IMG/VR virus record: IMGVR_UViG_2836968376_000001
Length of the DNA: 64,000 bases
From: a virus
Lineage: Duplodnaviria; Caudoviricetes
Direction: 5' to 3' (one strand)
Below the pieces are notes generated by a model. It searched no databases. It was not told the origin of the DNA and saw nothing but the letters and a program-made list of their open reading frames with translations. Below are positions 9,436 to 19,317 of this stretch, piece by piece; position 1 is the stretch's first letter; every line of letters starts with the position of its first letter. The position numbers and the translations under genes are program-made.

Positions 9436-9798
9436 ATGCTGAACATTGAAGAGATCAAGGCCCGTGAGCAGGCGGCAACGCCGGGGCCGTGGATTTCGAT
9501 ATTTGACATGAAAGGCTTTACCGTTTTTGATATGATCGGTGAAAAAGGCAAAATGATAGCGAGACTGTTTAATTCAAACAAAAAATACAAACGCCCAGAT
9601 GCGGATTTTATCGCCCACGCCCGCACCGATATTCCGGCGCTGATAGAAAACAACGCCGCCAAAGACCAGCAGATCGCCACGCTGAAAAAGGCGCTTATGC
9701 AGGCTATCCGAGAGGGGCATACGGATTTATCTCCCGCATCGCATCAAAAGCTGTTTGACCATTACGTTCAGGCGCAGGAACAGGAGGGAAAGAAATGA
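9436..9798 (+). CDS. Ead/Ea22-like protein
   Basis: EEIKAR..AATPGPW..DADFIAHARTDIPAL; AAGGAG RBS. Confidence 0.75.
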   Translation: MLNIEEIKAREQAATPGPWISIFDMKGFTVFDMIGEKGKMIARLFNSNKKYKRPDADFIAHARTDIPALIENNAAKDQQIATLKKALMQAIREGHTDLSPASHQKLFDHYVQAQEQEGKK

Positions 9799-10004
9799 AA
9801 GTTGAAGAAATTGTACACAATTACGGCTCAAAAAGCTCTATAAAGAGCAAACAACAGTTCTCGGAATATAGATGCCCCACATGTGGACTTATCCTGCTCG
9901 CGCACCCGAATTTCTGCGGGAAGTGTGGTACTCTCCTCGAATGGCCGGATGGGGTAAAAAAGCAATTTGAGGATTGGCAAAAGGAGGCCACAGATCATGC
10001 CTGA
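9795..10004 (+). CDS. Small zinc-ribbon protein
   Basis: CPTCG..NFCGKCG..L.W. Confidence 0.7.
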   Translation: MKVEEIVHNYGSKSSIKSKQQFSEYRCPTCGLILLAHPNFCGKCGTLLEWPDGVKKQFEDWQKEATDHA

Positions 10005-10326
10005 CCTTACGCCGCTTGAAGCGGCTGAAAAGCTAGAACAGTATGCAAGAAGCGCGCACCTATTTGGATGTATTCCAACGTTTGACAAAGGGGAAGAAGT
10101 ATTTAATTTTGCCGCCTCCTACCTACGCAAAATCGCCGCAGGAAAGTATAAGCCGGTGGTGCATGGGCACTGGATTGGTGGCTACGCGCACAAAGACAAT
10201 GTATGGACTTATACACAGCCAAAATGCAGTAATTGCCACAATACGGTAACGGGCGGTACAACAAAATATTGCCCTTCCTGCTCCGCTCTGATGGGTGGAA
10301 AGGATGATAGCCATGAGACCGATTGA
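9997..10326 (+). CDS. Zinc-ribbon phage protein
   Basis: PVVHGHW..CSNC..KYCPSC.A.M; AGGAGG RBS. Confidence 0.7.
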   Translation: MPDLTPLEAAEKLEQYARSAHLFGCIPTFDKGEEVFNFAASYLRKIAAGKYKPVVHGHWIGGYAHKDNVWTYTQPKCSNCHNTVTGGTTKYCPSCSALMGGKDDSHETD

Positions 10327-10567
10327 TGCAGACAAAATTGAATTTCTTGGGTTAAATAATCGTGTGTGCCCGGACTTATCTGCAATGGATGTTATAGACG
10401 AGCAGCCGACCGTTGACGCTGTTCCGGTGGTGAGATGCTTTGACTGCCAATATCGAAATACGGTTCAATGCCCAGCATATCGGAAACTGGATGATACCGG
10501 AGAAATAATTACGCCGCAATATGTGAGATTTTGCAGCTACGGCGAGAGAAAGGACGGAGAAAAGTGA
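10313..10567 (+). CDS. Hypothetical Cys-containing phage protein
   Basis: MRPIDAD..PTVDAVPVVRC.DC..FCSYGER. Confidence 0.7.
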   Translation: MRPIDADKIEFLGLNNRVCPDLSAMDVIDEQPTVDAVPVVRCFDCQYRNTVQCPAYRKLDDTGEIITPQYVRFCSYGERKDGEK

Positions 10568-11289
10568 AACCAATTTATGAACCAAAAGCACGGGCGAAAG
10601 AATACGGCGATCTTGCAATCAACATTTACACAGGCTGCCCACACAACTGTTTTTATTGCTTTGCGCCGTCTGTATTGCATAGGAGCCGCGAAGATTTTAG
10701 CGGTCATGTGGAGCCACGCAAGGATATTGTGAGAGCCGTAAAGCGTCAACTTGAATCGGAGCATATCACTGGAAAACTGATTCATCTGTGCTTCACTTGT
10801 GACCCGTACCCGCTGGGCTATGATTCTTTCTCAACACGCGAAATTATCAAAGCCATAAAAGCGGCGGGCAACCATGTTCAGATTCTTACGAAGAATGGAA
10901 CTGACGCGATACATGACTTTGACCTTTTAGACAGAGAAGATTGGTTCGGCGTTACATACGCGGGCTACCCGAATCTCACGGACGGCATTTCGCCCGCAGA
11001 GCCGGGCGCTGGCACTCCATTCTGGCGCTTGCAGGCTTTGAAAGGCGCGCACGCCGCAAAAATTAATACGTGGGTATCCTGCGAACCGGTTCTTAGCGCG
11101 AGCGACGTTCTTCTCCTGATTGAAAAAGGCAATTATATTGACAAATTCAAGATTGGGAAAATGAATTATCATCCGTCAAATATCGACTGGAAAGCATTTG
11201 GAGAAGCGGCAGAAGCGGCATGCAAGAAGTATGGCAGGAATTATTACATCAAAGAAGATTTGAGAAAGGAAATGGAAAACCATGCCTGA
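10564..11289 (+). CDS. Radical SAM protein (SplB-related)
   Basis: NIYTGCPHNCFYC (CxxxCxxC), TCDPY, ILTK, WVSCEPV. Confidence 0.85.
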   Translation: MKPIYEPKARAKEYGDLAINIYTGCPHNCFYCFAPSVLHRSREDFSGHVEPRKDIVRAVKRQLESEHITGKLIHLCFTCDPYPLGYDSFSTREIIKAIKAAGNHVQILTKNGTDAIHDFDLLDREDWFGVTYAGYPNLTDGISPAEPGAGTPFWRLQALKGAHAAKINTWVSCEPVLSASDVLLLIEKGNYIDKFKIGKMNYHPSNIDWKAFGEAAEAACKKYGRNYYIKEDLRKEMENHA

Positions 11290-11668
11290 CCTTATCCAGC
11301 AAATCCGCGATACATACTCCACAGATAAAGCCGCAGCGCTCAATATGTTGCCTGAACTGTTTCAACAGTACGACGAGGGGAAGATCGTGGAGTTGCCGTG
11401 CAAAGTGGGGGATAAGGTTTTTGTTAGAGCCGACACATGGGGAAATACATGGAATTTCGTGACGGTCGATTACGGAAAGCTTTTGGTCGGAGAAATTATC
11501 GGAATTGTCAAGACCAGAAAGCAAACGCTCATGAAAATTCAAGTCGAGCATCATGTTTCGTGGAAGAAAGAACGTAAGCGGTATCCGGTCGGCGCAATTG
11601 GAATAACTGTCTTTCTAACTGAGAGTGAAGCGAAGGAGCATCTTAAAAATGTGCAAAAAGGATTTTAG
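11282..11668 (+). CDS. Conserved phage protein (LPCKVGD..IG.TVFLT family)
   Basis: Family motifs; C-terminus appears replaced by HNH insertion. Confidence 0.75.
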   Translation: MPDLIQQIRDTYSTDKAAALNMLPELFQQYDEGKIVELPCKVGDKVFVRADTWGNTWNFVTVDYGKLLVGEIIGIVKTRKQTLMKIQVEHHVSWKKERKRYPVGAIGITVFLTESEAKEHLKNVQKGF

Positions 11669-12203
11669 TGAATACAAAGGAAAAAGATATGGACGTCTTA
11701 TAGTAACTGATGTTATTTATGTTCATGGAAGCAAAACGCGTTTCAAATGCAAATGTGATTGTGGAAAATCGTTTGAAACGAGTGCAGACAACATCTTGAG
11801 GGGACGTACGCGGAGTTGCGGATGCTTGAGACATGAGGTTAGAATTTTCAATGGGGAAAAATCGGTAATACATGGTTTTGTAGGGCACCCGCTTTATAGC
11901 GTACATAATTCGATGATAGAGCGGTGTGAAAACCCAAATAACCACGCCTATAAAAACTATGGCGGAAGGGGAATTCAGGTTTGCAAAGAATGGCATGACA
12001 TGGGTGAATTTGGAAGATGGGCGTTGGCTCATGGATACAAGCGAGGGCTATCTATTGATCGTATTGACAACGACAAAGGTTATTCACCAGAAAATTGCCG
12101 TTGGGCCACAATGAAAGAGCAAGGGAATAATAGAAGAACTTGCTTAAACTACAGACACACCCGTGAAGCAGCCGAAGCCGCGTTGAAGGAGCGTAAATCA
12201 TGA
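11649..12203 (+). CDS. HNH homing-endonuclease-like protein
   Basis: [44 protein letters not shown]. Confidence 0.85.
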   Translation: MCKKDFSEYKGKRYGRLIVTDVIYVHGSKTRFKCKCDCGKSFETSADNILRGRTRSCGCLRHEVRIFNGEKSVIHGFVGHPLYSVHNSMIERCENPNNHAYKNYGGRGIQVCKEWHDMGEFGRWALAHGYKRGLSIDRIDNDKGYSPENCRWATMKEQGNNRRTCLNYRHTREAAEAALKERKS

Positions 12204-12415
12204 TTTTCCCTGACCGTCTTCGCCAGCTCCGCGAGGAATCCGGGCTGTCGCAAAGGCAACTTGCCGATAGAGCCGGATTATCACTGACAATGATCCGTTT
12301 TTATGAATACGGAAAAAGCGGCCCTCCTGGATACTCTCTATTCCATCTGGCCGACGCTCTGCATGTCTCAATGGATTATCTTTACGGAAGAACCGATAGG
12401 AGGGATGTTGATTGA
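12200..12415 (+). CDS. XRE-family HTH regulator
   Basis: RL..LRE..GLSQ..LA...YE.G...P....LAD.L.VS.DYL.GR. Confidence 0.9.
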   Translation: MIFPDRLRQLREESGLSQRQLADRAGLSLTMIRFYEYGKSGPPGYSLFHLADALHVSMDYLYGRTDRRDVD

Positions 12416-12777
12416 CGCGAGAACAGCTTGAGAACTATCACGACATCATTGTCCGCTTGAAAGACCTGAAAACGACAATCGTCACAGACTCGGTAAAGGG
12501 TTCGCTTGACGAGTATCCATACATAAACCACTCAGTTACGCTCCACGGGGTCCGCAGAGACGAGAAAGCACGGCAAGAGGTGAAATTACTCGAACAGGAA
12601 AAAGATGCCATAGACGGGTTTATAGACGGCATTGAGGACGTGCGCGTTCGTAACATCCTTGATTGGAAGTATCGCAAGGGTTTTGGATGGAATGAAATAG
12701 CGGCGCACAGTGGAAGAAGCATTAGCGCCGAAAAAGAATATTCGCGCAGATTTTTTAAAAGAAATTTGCAAAAGTGA
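12412..12777 (+). CDS. RinA/ArpU-like late transcriptional activator
   Basis: Last early gene before terS; R.IL..KY..G..W.EIA sigma4-like C-terminus. Confidence 0.75.
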   Translation: MTREQLENYHDIIVRLKDLKTTIVTDSVKGSLDEYPYINHSVTLHGVRRDEKARQEVKLLEQEKDAIDGFIDGIEDVRVRNILDWKYRKGFGWNEIAAHSGRSISAEKEYSRRFFKRNLQK

Positions 12778-12804
12778 CCATTGTGACGATAGTTACGATA
12801 TAAT
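12774..12804 (+). promoter_or_regulatory. Probable late promoter with activator-binding direct repeats
   Basis: GTGACCA/GTGACGA/GTTACGA at 9-bp period in place of -35; TATAAT at 12799-12804. Confidence 0.65.
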
Positions 12805-12859
12805 TAAAAATGAAGAGTTGTAAGAGCGTTTACAAGGAAACATTTATCCATATCGAACT

Positions 12860-13103
12860 CGCCTCCCGGCGGCGGGAATAATAGCCGGGTCCTCCCAAGC
12901 GCCGCTCGACTTGCTACGGGCGGCGCAGATATGCCAGCATAAAGGCCAATTCAAACGGATTGACTGCGGCGTGTTAACCGGATGCTGACACTACATACCC
13001 GCCGGAAGGCTTGTCAGGCTGTATCGATCCAACCGAGGCGCACGGTTTCGGCGGGCGCGCTTGAATATTCTAGCGTATCGCTTCGGCGGTGCGCTTTTGT
13101 TTT
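12860..13103 (+). ncRNA. Candidate structured late-leader RNA ending in a UUCG terminator
   Basis: Five consecutive GC-rich stems in an ORF-poor interval. Confidence 0.45.
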
Positions 13104-13427
13104 GGTGAACTATGAAATATCATTACATACCAGAATTCAATTCGTATCTATTTGGGGCAGCGGAGGCCAGAGCCGATCGTTATTGGAGGGATAGACTTGG
13201 ATATTCCAGAAAGACGGCAGGAGATATACAAAGCAATCCTGAATCTGAAAAGCAAGCCGTCCCTCGCAAGGGAGGAACGAGCGGAACTGGCGGAGCTGCA
13301 AGCGGAATGGAATAGGCTGATATGGTGCGGGAGAAAAGCATGAACATACCTCAATGGGGCTATTTAATAATACTCATTGTTATGATAGTTTTCTTTAGGA
13401 ATAAATAGTAAAGCGAGGTGAGAGGCG

Positions 13428-13919
13428 GTGAGTTCCAAACTTACAGCAAAACAGCAGAGATTCATTGATGAATATTTAATTGATCTGAACGCTACGCAAG
13501 CCGCCATTCGCGCGGGATATAGCCCCGTAGCGGCGACGGTTCAAGGAAGTCGCTTGTTAAGCTATGCTAATATTCGTGCTGAAATTGATAAGAAAATGCA
13601 GGTCCGCAAGGATGAAACGATTGCAGATCAAAATGAAGTTCTCCAAACGCTCACCCGAATCCTTCGCCGTGAGGAAAAGGAAAACACCGTTGTAGTCACG
13701 AAAAAGCATAAAAGTTCTTATGACTCCAACGGTAAGAAAAAGATCGTTGACGAGGAAACACCTGAAATCGTTGAGATACCGGCAAAGCTTTCAGACGTTA
13801 ACAAGGCCGCTGAACTTCTCGGGCGGCGCTACGCTCTCTTTACTGACAATACGCGGCTTGACGCAGATGTCGGGGTGACAATCGTTGATGATATCCCAGA
13901 ATCAAGTAAAGCTGACTGA
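13428..13919 (+). CDS. terS: Terminase small subunit
   Basis: LT.KQ.RF.DEYLIDLNATQAAIRAGYS..KAAELLG. Confidence 0.95.
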   Translation: MSSKLTAKQQRFIDEYLIDLNATQAAIRAGYSPVAATVQGSRLLSYANIRAEIDKKMQVRKDETIADQNEVLQTLTRILRREEKENTVVVTKKHKSSYDSNGKKKIVDEETPEIVEIPAKLSDVNKAAELLGRRYALFTDNTRLDADVGVTIVDDIPESSKAD

Positions 13920-15159
13920 TATTATCGCCCCTGCGTTCTACCCGGTCCATCATGATATAAAGCAAGGCAAGCACACCTATTACAAATTAGACGGCGGGCG
14001 CGGCTCTACAAAGTCCTCATTTGTGAGCGAAGAAATCATAAGCGGCATGATGCGGGATGCGGCACAGGGCAAGTACACGAATGCAGTAGCTTTTCGCAGG
14101 TACAAAGAGAATCTTCACGATAGTGTTTATGAGCAGCTTATATGGGCGATTGATAAATTGGGCGTATCGGGATACTGGAAAGATACAATATCACCGCTGC
14201 GCCTTACTTATATTCCAACCGGCCAGCAGATCCTATTTCGCGGCGCTGATAAAGTCAAAAAATCGAAGTCAATCAAAGTTTCAAAAGGCTATATTAGATA
14301 TCTATGGTTTGAAGAACTGGACGAATTCGAAGGATCTGAAAAGATCAGGAGTATCCAGCAGTCGGTTGTTCGTGGTGGAGAACAGTTCACAGTATTCTAC
14401 ACTTACAATCCGCCAAAGTCTCAAAGGAACTGGGTAAATGATCCGGTTGAATTCTCCATGCCCGACATGCTGCAACATCATAGCAATTATTTAACCGTTC
14501 CCCCTGCGTGGCTAGGAGAGCAGTTCATAGTTGACGCGGAGCACTTAAAAGAGGTTAAGCCAGAAGCATACCGGCATGAATACCTGGGCGAAGTAACCGG
14601 GACCGGCGCGGAAGTGTTTACAAACCTGACGCAACGCACGATTACCGACGAAGAAATCAAGAGGTTTGATAGGATTCATCGTGGCCTTGACTGGGGATAT
14701 GCTTCGGACCCGTTCGCTTATGTGGCTTGCCAGTACGACAAGACGCGCAAGCGACTTTTTATTTTCGATGAAATATATCAGGTTAGATTAAGCAATGGCG
14801 CATCTGGAAAGCTCGTGAAGCAGCATAACCCATTGAATCAGGAAGTAACGGCAGATAGTGCCGAACCGAAAAGCATAGCGGATTACAGAGAAGCGGGAAT
14901 TCGCATTCGCGGGGCAAAGAAAGGTCCAGACAGTGTTGACTATGGTGTCAAGTGGCTTTCGGATGAATTGGAAGAAATCATAATTGACCCGGACCGCTGC
15001 CCTAACACATGGCGTGAGTTTTACGGCTATGAGCTGGACCGGGACGCAAACGGGAATTTCAAGGCAGGGTATCCCGATAAAGATAACCATACGATAGATG
15101 CCGCACGGTACGCAATGGAAAGCGAAATGCATCGCGGCGGAACAACAATAGGGTGGTGA
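13885..15159 (+). CDS. terL: PBSX-family terminase large subunit
   Basis: GGRGSTKSS Walker A, WFEE, YNPP, GLDWG, DSAEPKS, DNHTIDA.RY. Confidence 0.95.
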   Translation: MMISQNQVKLTDIIAPAFYPVHHDIKQGKHTYYKLDGGRGSTKSSFVSEEIISGMMRDAAQGKYTNAVAFRRYKENLHDSVYEQLIWAIDKLGVSGYWKDTISPLRLTYIPTGQQILFRGADKVKKSKSIKVSKGYIRYLWFEELDEFEGSEKIRSIQQSVVRGGEQFTVFYTYNPPKSQRNWVNDPVEFSMPDMLQHHSNYLTVPPAWLGEQFIVDAEHLKEVKPEAYRHEYLGEVTGTGAEVFTNLTQRTITDEEIKRFDRIHRGLDWGYASDPFAYVACQYDKTRKRLFIFDEIYQVRLSNGASGKLVKQHNPLNQEVTADSAEPKSIADYREAGIRIRGAKKGPDSVDYGVKWLSDELEEIIIDPDRCPNTWREFYGYELDRDANGNFKAGYPDKDNHTIDAARYAMESEMHRGGTTIGW

Positions 15160-15163
15160 TTAA

Positions 15164-16708
15164 ATGCAGGATTTAAACGCAATCAGAAAGTACATTCAGA
15201 ATACAGAGGGCGAATATGCGCACTTCGCGGTAGTGGCGCAAGAGGGATTCGACTATTATTCCAACCATGACAAAATCAAGAATACCGGTGCCGCCGCAAT
15301 TGACGAAGTAAACGGCTATCTGAAATTGATCGGAGCGAACCCTCTACATAGCGCGGACAACCGCGTATCGCTGAATCGCCACCGCCTTGTAGTAGATCAA
15401 AAGATTGGTTATTTATTCTCTGAACCGCCGCAGATTGACGTACCGGAAGACGATAGCGGAACGGGTGATGATCCGCTACTCAAACAGGTTCAGGATACGA
15501 TGGGTACGCAGTGGCCGAAAGTAATTCGTCAGCTTGGCCTTGATGCTTCCAACACGGGCAAAGGATGGCTTGAATATTGGTCAGGCAAGGACGATACAGG
15601 CAAGAATGTATTCGACTATTGGTATATTAACCCGCTGACAGTTCGGCCCATATACGACCGCTCAACGGCAAAGAAAAAGCTATTGTATTTGATTAGGGCT
15701 TATGCGTTTCTAGACGCTGGCGGTAATCCGGTAACGCGCTATGAGTTTTGGGACGATCAGGAAGTAGCATATCTCATTAAGCCGGAAGCAACAGCCGAAT
15801 GCAAGGCACCTACGATTGACTTTGAGACGCTTCCCGACGGAACGTATAACATTCAGCCGCACGACTACGGCAGGATACCGTTTATTGAGTTCCAGAACAA
15901 CGCTCACGCCGACAACGACCTTATCATGTACAAAGATATCATCGACGCGTTGGATAAGCTCGTGAGCGGCTTTGCAAACGATATTGACGATATTCAGGAA
16001 ATTATATGGGTGCTAAAAAACTATAACGGCGAGCGTGAAGTTACGGCATACAATCAGGATGGTAGCCCAAAGCTTGACAATGATGGGAATCCAATTAAGC
16101 GCCCGGTTGACCCTGTGCAGATGATGAAACTGAAAAAGTTTGTATCTGTAGATGGAGATAACGGCGGCGGGGTTGAACCGATTCAGGCACCTATTCCTTT
16201 CGAGGCTCGTTCAAAGTTCCGCGAAATCCTCAACGAAGAATTCTGGTTTTCTGCAATGGCAGTCAATCCGAACCCCCCGACTTCGGGCGATCAGTCAGGG
16301 GTGTACATTTCATACCTTTATGGGCAGTTGGAGGAAAAGGCCGGGTTAATGGAAACCGAGTTCAGGACCGCAATTGATGAATTTTTGAAAGCGATTCTTC
16401 ACTATCTCGGTTCTGATGAATCCACACAATTCAACCAGACGTGGAAACGGACAAAGCCGCAGAATGATACAGAGATTTCAGCAATTATCGCGCAGACGCC
16501 GAACACGGTCATGTCGGACGAGACTAAGACCAAGGTTCACCCGCTGGTTGATGACTGGCAGGCAGAGCGGGCGCAGATCGAGAAGGAGCAGCAGGAGCGA
16601 GAAAAGAACCTGCTCGACCAATACAACCAGCAGGCGGGCGCTCCGGGGCAGGAAAAGCCTCCCGGAAAGCCGGAGCCGAATGCAAATGATGGGGGTGAAA
16701 AGGAATGA
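15164..16708 (+). CDS. SPP1 gp6-like portal protein
   Basis: VDQK.GYLF, GRIPFIEF.NN, YK.IIDA.D, SG..I...Y; follows terL. Confidence 0.9.
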   Translation: MQDLNAIRKYIQNTEGEYAHFAVVAQEGFDYYSNHDKIKNTGAAAIDEVNGYLKLIGANPLHSADNRVSLNRHRLVVDQKIGYLFSEPPQIDVPEDDSGTGDDPLLKQVQDTMGTQWPKVIRQLGLDASNTGKGWLEYWSGKDDTGKNVFDYWYINPLTVRPIYDRSTAKKKLLYLIRAYAFLDAGGNPVTRYEFWDDQEVAYLIKPEATAECKAPTIDFETLPDGTYNIQPHDYGRIPFIEFQNNAHADNDLIMYKDIIDALDKLVSGFANDIDDIQEIIWVLKNYNGEREVTAYNQDGSPKLDNDGNPIKRPVDPVQMMKLKKFVSVDGDNGGGVEPIQAPIPFEARSKFREILNEEFWFSAMAVNPNPPTSGDQSGVYISYLYGQLEEKAGLMETEFRTAIDEFLKAILHYLGSDESTQFNQTWKRTKPQNDTEISAIIAQTPNTVMSDETKTKVHPLVDDWQAERAQIEKEQQEREKNLLDQYNQQAGAPGQEKPPGKPEPNANDGGEKE

Positions 16709-16902
16709 CGAATAAGACTTTTTTTGATGGCCATTCAGAAAAAACTTATACGCAGGAAGAATTAAAAGATGCCATTAACAAGGCGACCTGTGAAGCGTAT
16801 GAGCGCGCTAAAACTGAATCCGAAAAGATTCGAACCAAATATAACGCCCTGTTGTGCATACTGCGTGGTTTGGACGATGCTTTCGGCGACGGTGATCTCT
16901 GA
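16705..16902 (+). CDS. Small hypothetical protein
   Basis: 65-aa ORF coupled between portal and minor head genes. Confidence 0.6.
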   Translation: MTNKTFFDGHSEKTYTQEELKDAINKATCEAYERAKTESEKIRTKYNALLCILRGLDDAFGDGDL

Positions 16903-17954
16903 TGCCGTCGTACTGGGAGCAGCGCTCGATTGACAGCATAGGCCGCATGGAGAAAGCCGTAAACGGTCAGCTCCCGGACCTCATAGCATCGTTTGAGCAG
17001 GCCAAGCGCGACCTCAACGGCACCGTGTTCCGCTTCTATGTCCGATATGCGAATAACAACAAAATCTCGCTGGACGAGGCGCAGAAGATCCTTTCTCTTT
17101 CCGAGTTGCGGGAGTTTCGCGGCGACTTGGCGGAGTTTGAAAAACTCGCAAAGGATTCCATCGGCACGTTCAACCTTCAAGTTGACAACCTGTCCGTGAA
17201 AGCCCGCGTGACCCGCTATGAGGCGCTCCTGACACAGTGCGACGCCACTCTGCAAAAGCTTTATCAGGAGCAGCGGCAGCAGATTGAGAGCACGGCAACA
17301 CAGATTTACACTGAGGAGTATTACCACAGGCTTTTCGACATTGAGCAGTACACAGGTTTTCAATTCAAGTTTTCAAAACTGGCAGACAGCGCAATTCGAA
17401 AAGTGATTGAGCAGCCGGTTTTCGGAATGGATATTTCAGAACACCTATGGCGGCAGGACATTGATACAGGCTTTAAGATCCGGCAAACATTAACAAATAT
17501 GTTTGTCACTGGCAGACCTCCGCAAGACTTTTCCGAAGAACTTCAAAAGCAGATCGGCGCTGTTCGCGTTGATAAGCAAGGCAATGTAACCGGAACCGGC
17601 AAGAAATACGAATCTTACCGACTTCTTTACAATGAATCGTCGCACGTTACCGGTCAGGCCAATTATCAGGCATATGTGGACGATGGCATAGAGAAATATG
17701 AAATCGTCGCAGTGCTGGACAAGGCAACATGTAATATCTGTGCTCCACTTGATGGCAAGACATACGATCTATCAAAAAAGATTGAGGGCATTAATTACCC
17801 ACCTTTCCATGTGAATTGCCGGTGCGTTGCCGCGCCGCATGTCGATGTTGAAGGGTTCGACAGTACACGAATAGCCCGTGACCCTGAAACAGGCAAATCC
17901 TATCAGACAACAGCGCAGACATATGAAGAATGGGCGAAAGGAAAAGGCATATGA
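16902..17954 (+). CDS. Minor head protein (SPP1 gp7/Mu gpF family)
   Basis: SYW..R, LD..TC..C..LDG, NYPPFH.NCRC. Confidence 0.9.
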   Translation: MPSYWEQRSIDSIGRMEKAVNGQLPDLIASFEQAKRDLNGTVFRFYVRYANNNKISLDEAQKILSLSELREFRGDLAEFEKLAKDSIGTFNLQVDNLSVKARVTRYEALLTQCDATLQKLYQEQRQQIESTATQIYTEEYYHRLFDIEQYTGFQFKFSKLADSAIRKVIEQPVFGMDISEHLWRQDIDTGFKIRQTLTNMFVTGRPPQDFSEELQKQIGAVRVDKQGNVTGTGKKYESYRLLYNESSHVTGQANYQAYVDDGIEKYEIVAVLDKATCNICAPLDGKTYDLSKKIEGINYPPFHVNCRCVAAPHVDVEGFDSTRIARDPETGKSYQTTAQTYEEWAKGKGI

Positions 17955-18129
17955 AGTATTGCCCCTACAATTTAAAAATTGAGCAAGTCACTGAAAATAC
18001 ATATGAGTACAACGATGATAATCTCAATACAATGCATACCCAAAGCTATTAGAAAAGCAAGACCGTATGCCATGCATTGGGAAAGATTGTGGTGCTTTTT
18101 ATGATGGCCATTGTCACTATAGGGGATGA
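17951..18129 (+). pseudogene. Small Cys-rich gene broken by a 1-nt deletion (or sequencing indel)
   Basis: MKYCPY..MHTQ stops at TAG; adding one A at ~18043 restores KLLEKQDRMPCIGKDCGAFYDGHCHYRG*. Confidence 0.55.
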
Positions 18130-18185
18130 AAGGCGGTGATCCGCTTATCTCGCTTGCCGCGTAACGGCTGAATAAATAAAAAGGA

Positions 18186-18614
18186 TTGATTATTATGTCA
18201 GAAGATATTACCCGTGCAGACCTTGAATATATGTTCAATACGGCGGCTGAAAAGTTTTTCAAAGAATTCAAGGCAGCAAGAATTGAACCGGTCATCAACA
18301 TAAATTCCGGTTCTACTTCCGTAAAAGAAATCAGCAAGCAGCTTGCGCAGATGTTTCGGGAATCAGCGGATTCCGCAGCGGGCGGGTGCTATTCGGAAAC
18401 TTTTTCTCGCGCAACAATGGCCAAGCAAATCAAGAGAAGCGAGCTTATAAAAGAAATTCACGATGCGGTTATCGAAAGTTTGTCATCTAGCATCACAATT
18501 GATCTGGATGTCCCTTCTGCTTCTTGCAAAATCGGGTATCCTGTCAATGCTGCTGAACGGGCGGCAGAGAACGTGATAAAGCGATATATTGGTGATATTC
18601 AGGTTATTGATTGA
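18186..18614 (+). CDS. Hypothetical protein (moron-like in head module)
   Basis: 142-aa ORF with own RBS and downstream terminator-like hairpin at 18616-18646. Confidence 0.65.
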   Translation: MIIMSEDITRADLEYMFNTAAEKFFKEFKAARIEPVININSGSTSVKEISKQLAQMFRESADSAAGGCYSETFSRATMAKQIKRSELIKEIHDAVIESLSSSITIDLDVPSASCKIGYPVNAAERAAENVIKRYIGDIQVID

Positions 18615-18738
18615 AAACGTCCCGCCTTACGGCAGGGCGTTTTTTAATACCAAATTATCCGTGGTGCGCGGAACAAAATAATGCACACCGCAATGCGGGG
18701 ACTGGCCCGAGAAAAAGGATAGCGGGTAAGGAGTTACA

Positions 18739-19302
18739 ATGCTCGAATGGCTAAAAACAATCTTAGGTGATACGTACACCGAAGATATTGACAAAAAAGT
18801 ATCTACCGAAATCGGCAAAGGATTTGTTTCCCGCACTGATTTCAACACTGCAAACGAGGCAAAGAAGACCCTTGAAGGTCAAATCGCCGACCGAGACAAA
18901 CAGATCAAAGGCTTTGAAAAGTTGGCCGGTGACAATGAAGCCTTGAAAACGCAGTTGACACAGGCGCAGGAAGCAAACAAGACAGCCAAAACCGATTATG
19001 AAGCCAACCTGAAAAAGGTCACGCTTGACAGCAAGGTTGAAACTGCTTTGCTTGGCGCAAAAGCCAAAAGCACAAAGGCCGTCCGCGCTTTGCTGGACGA
19101 AAGCAAAATTTCAATTGACGGGGATAACGTCCTAGGCCTGAATGAACAACTTGAAGCCTTGAAAAAGGATTCGGCTTATTTGTTCGGGGACGCGCAGACG
19201 CAGAATCCGCCGCCGCCGGTAAAAGGCGATCCGCCTAAGACCGGTGATAATGATATGGCACAATGGGCAAAAGAGGCAGGAGTAAAACTGCCGAAAACAT
19301 AA
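18739..19302 (+). CDS. Head scaffolding protein (minor structural GP20 family)
   Basis: G..FV....FN, coiled coil, AK..KAV.ALLD, GL.EQL..LK....YLF. Confidence 0.9.
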   Translation: MLEWLKTILGDTYTEDIDKKVSTEIGKGFVSRTDFNTANEAKKTLEGQIADRDKQIKGFEKLAGDNEALKTQLTQAQEANKTAKTDYEANLKKVTLDSKVETALLGAKAKSTKAVRALLDESKISIDGDNVLGLNEQLEALKKDSAYLFGDAQTQNPPPPVKGDPPKTGDNDMAQWAKEAGVKLPKT

Positions 19303-19317
19303 GGAGCTGAATATTAA

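Noticed and set aside
11619-12160. Group I intron carrying the HNH
   Set aside because: Insert is almost entirely coding, leaving no room for a ribozyme core
13112-13343. Two overlapping small ORFs before terS
   Set aside because: No convincing RBS or family motif, so the real frame cannot be chosen
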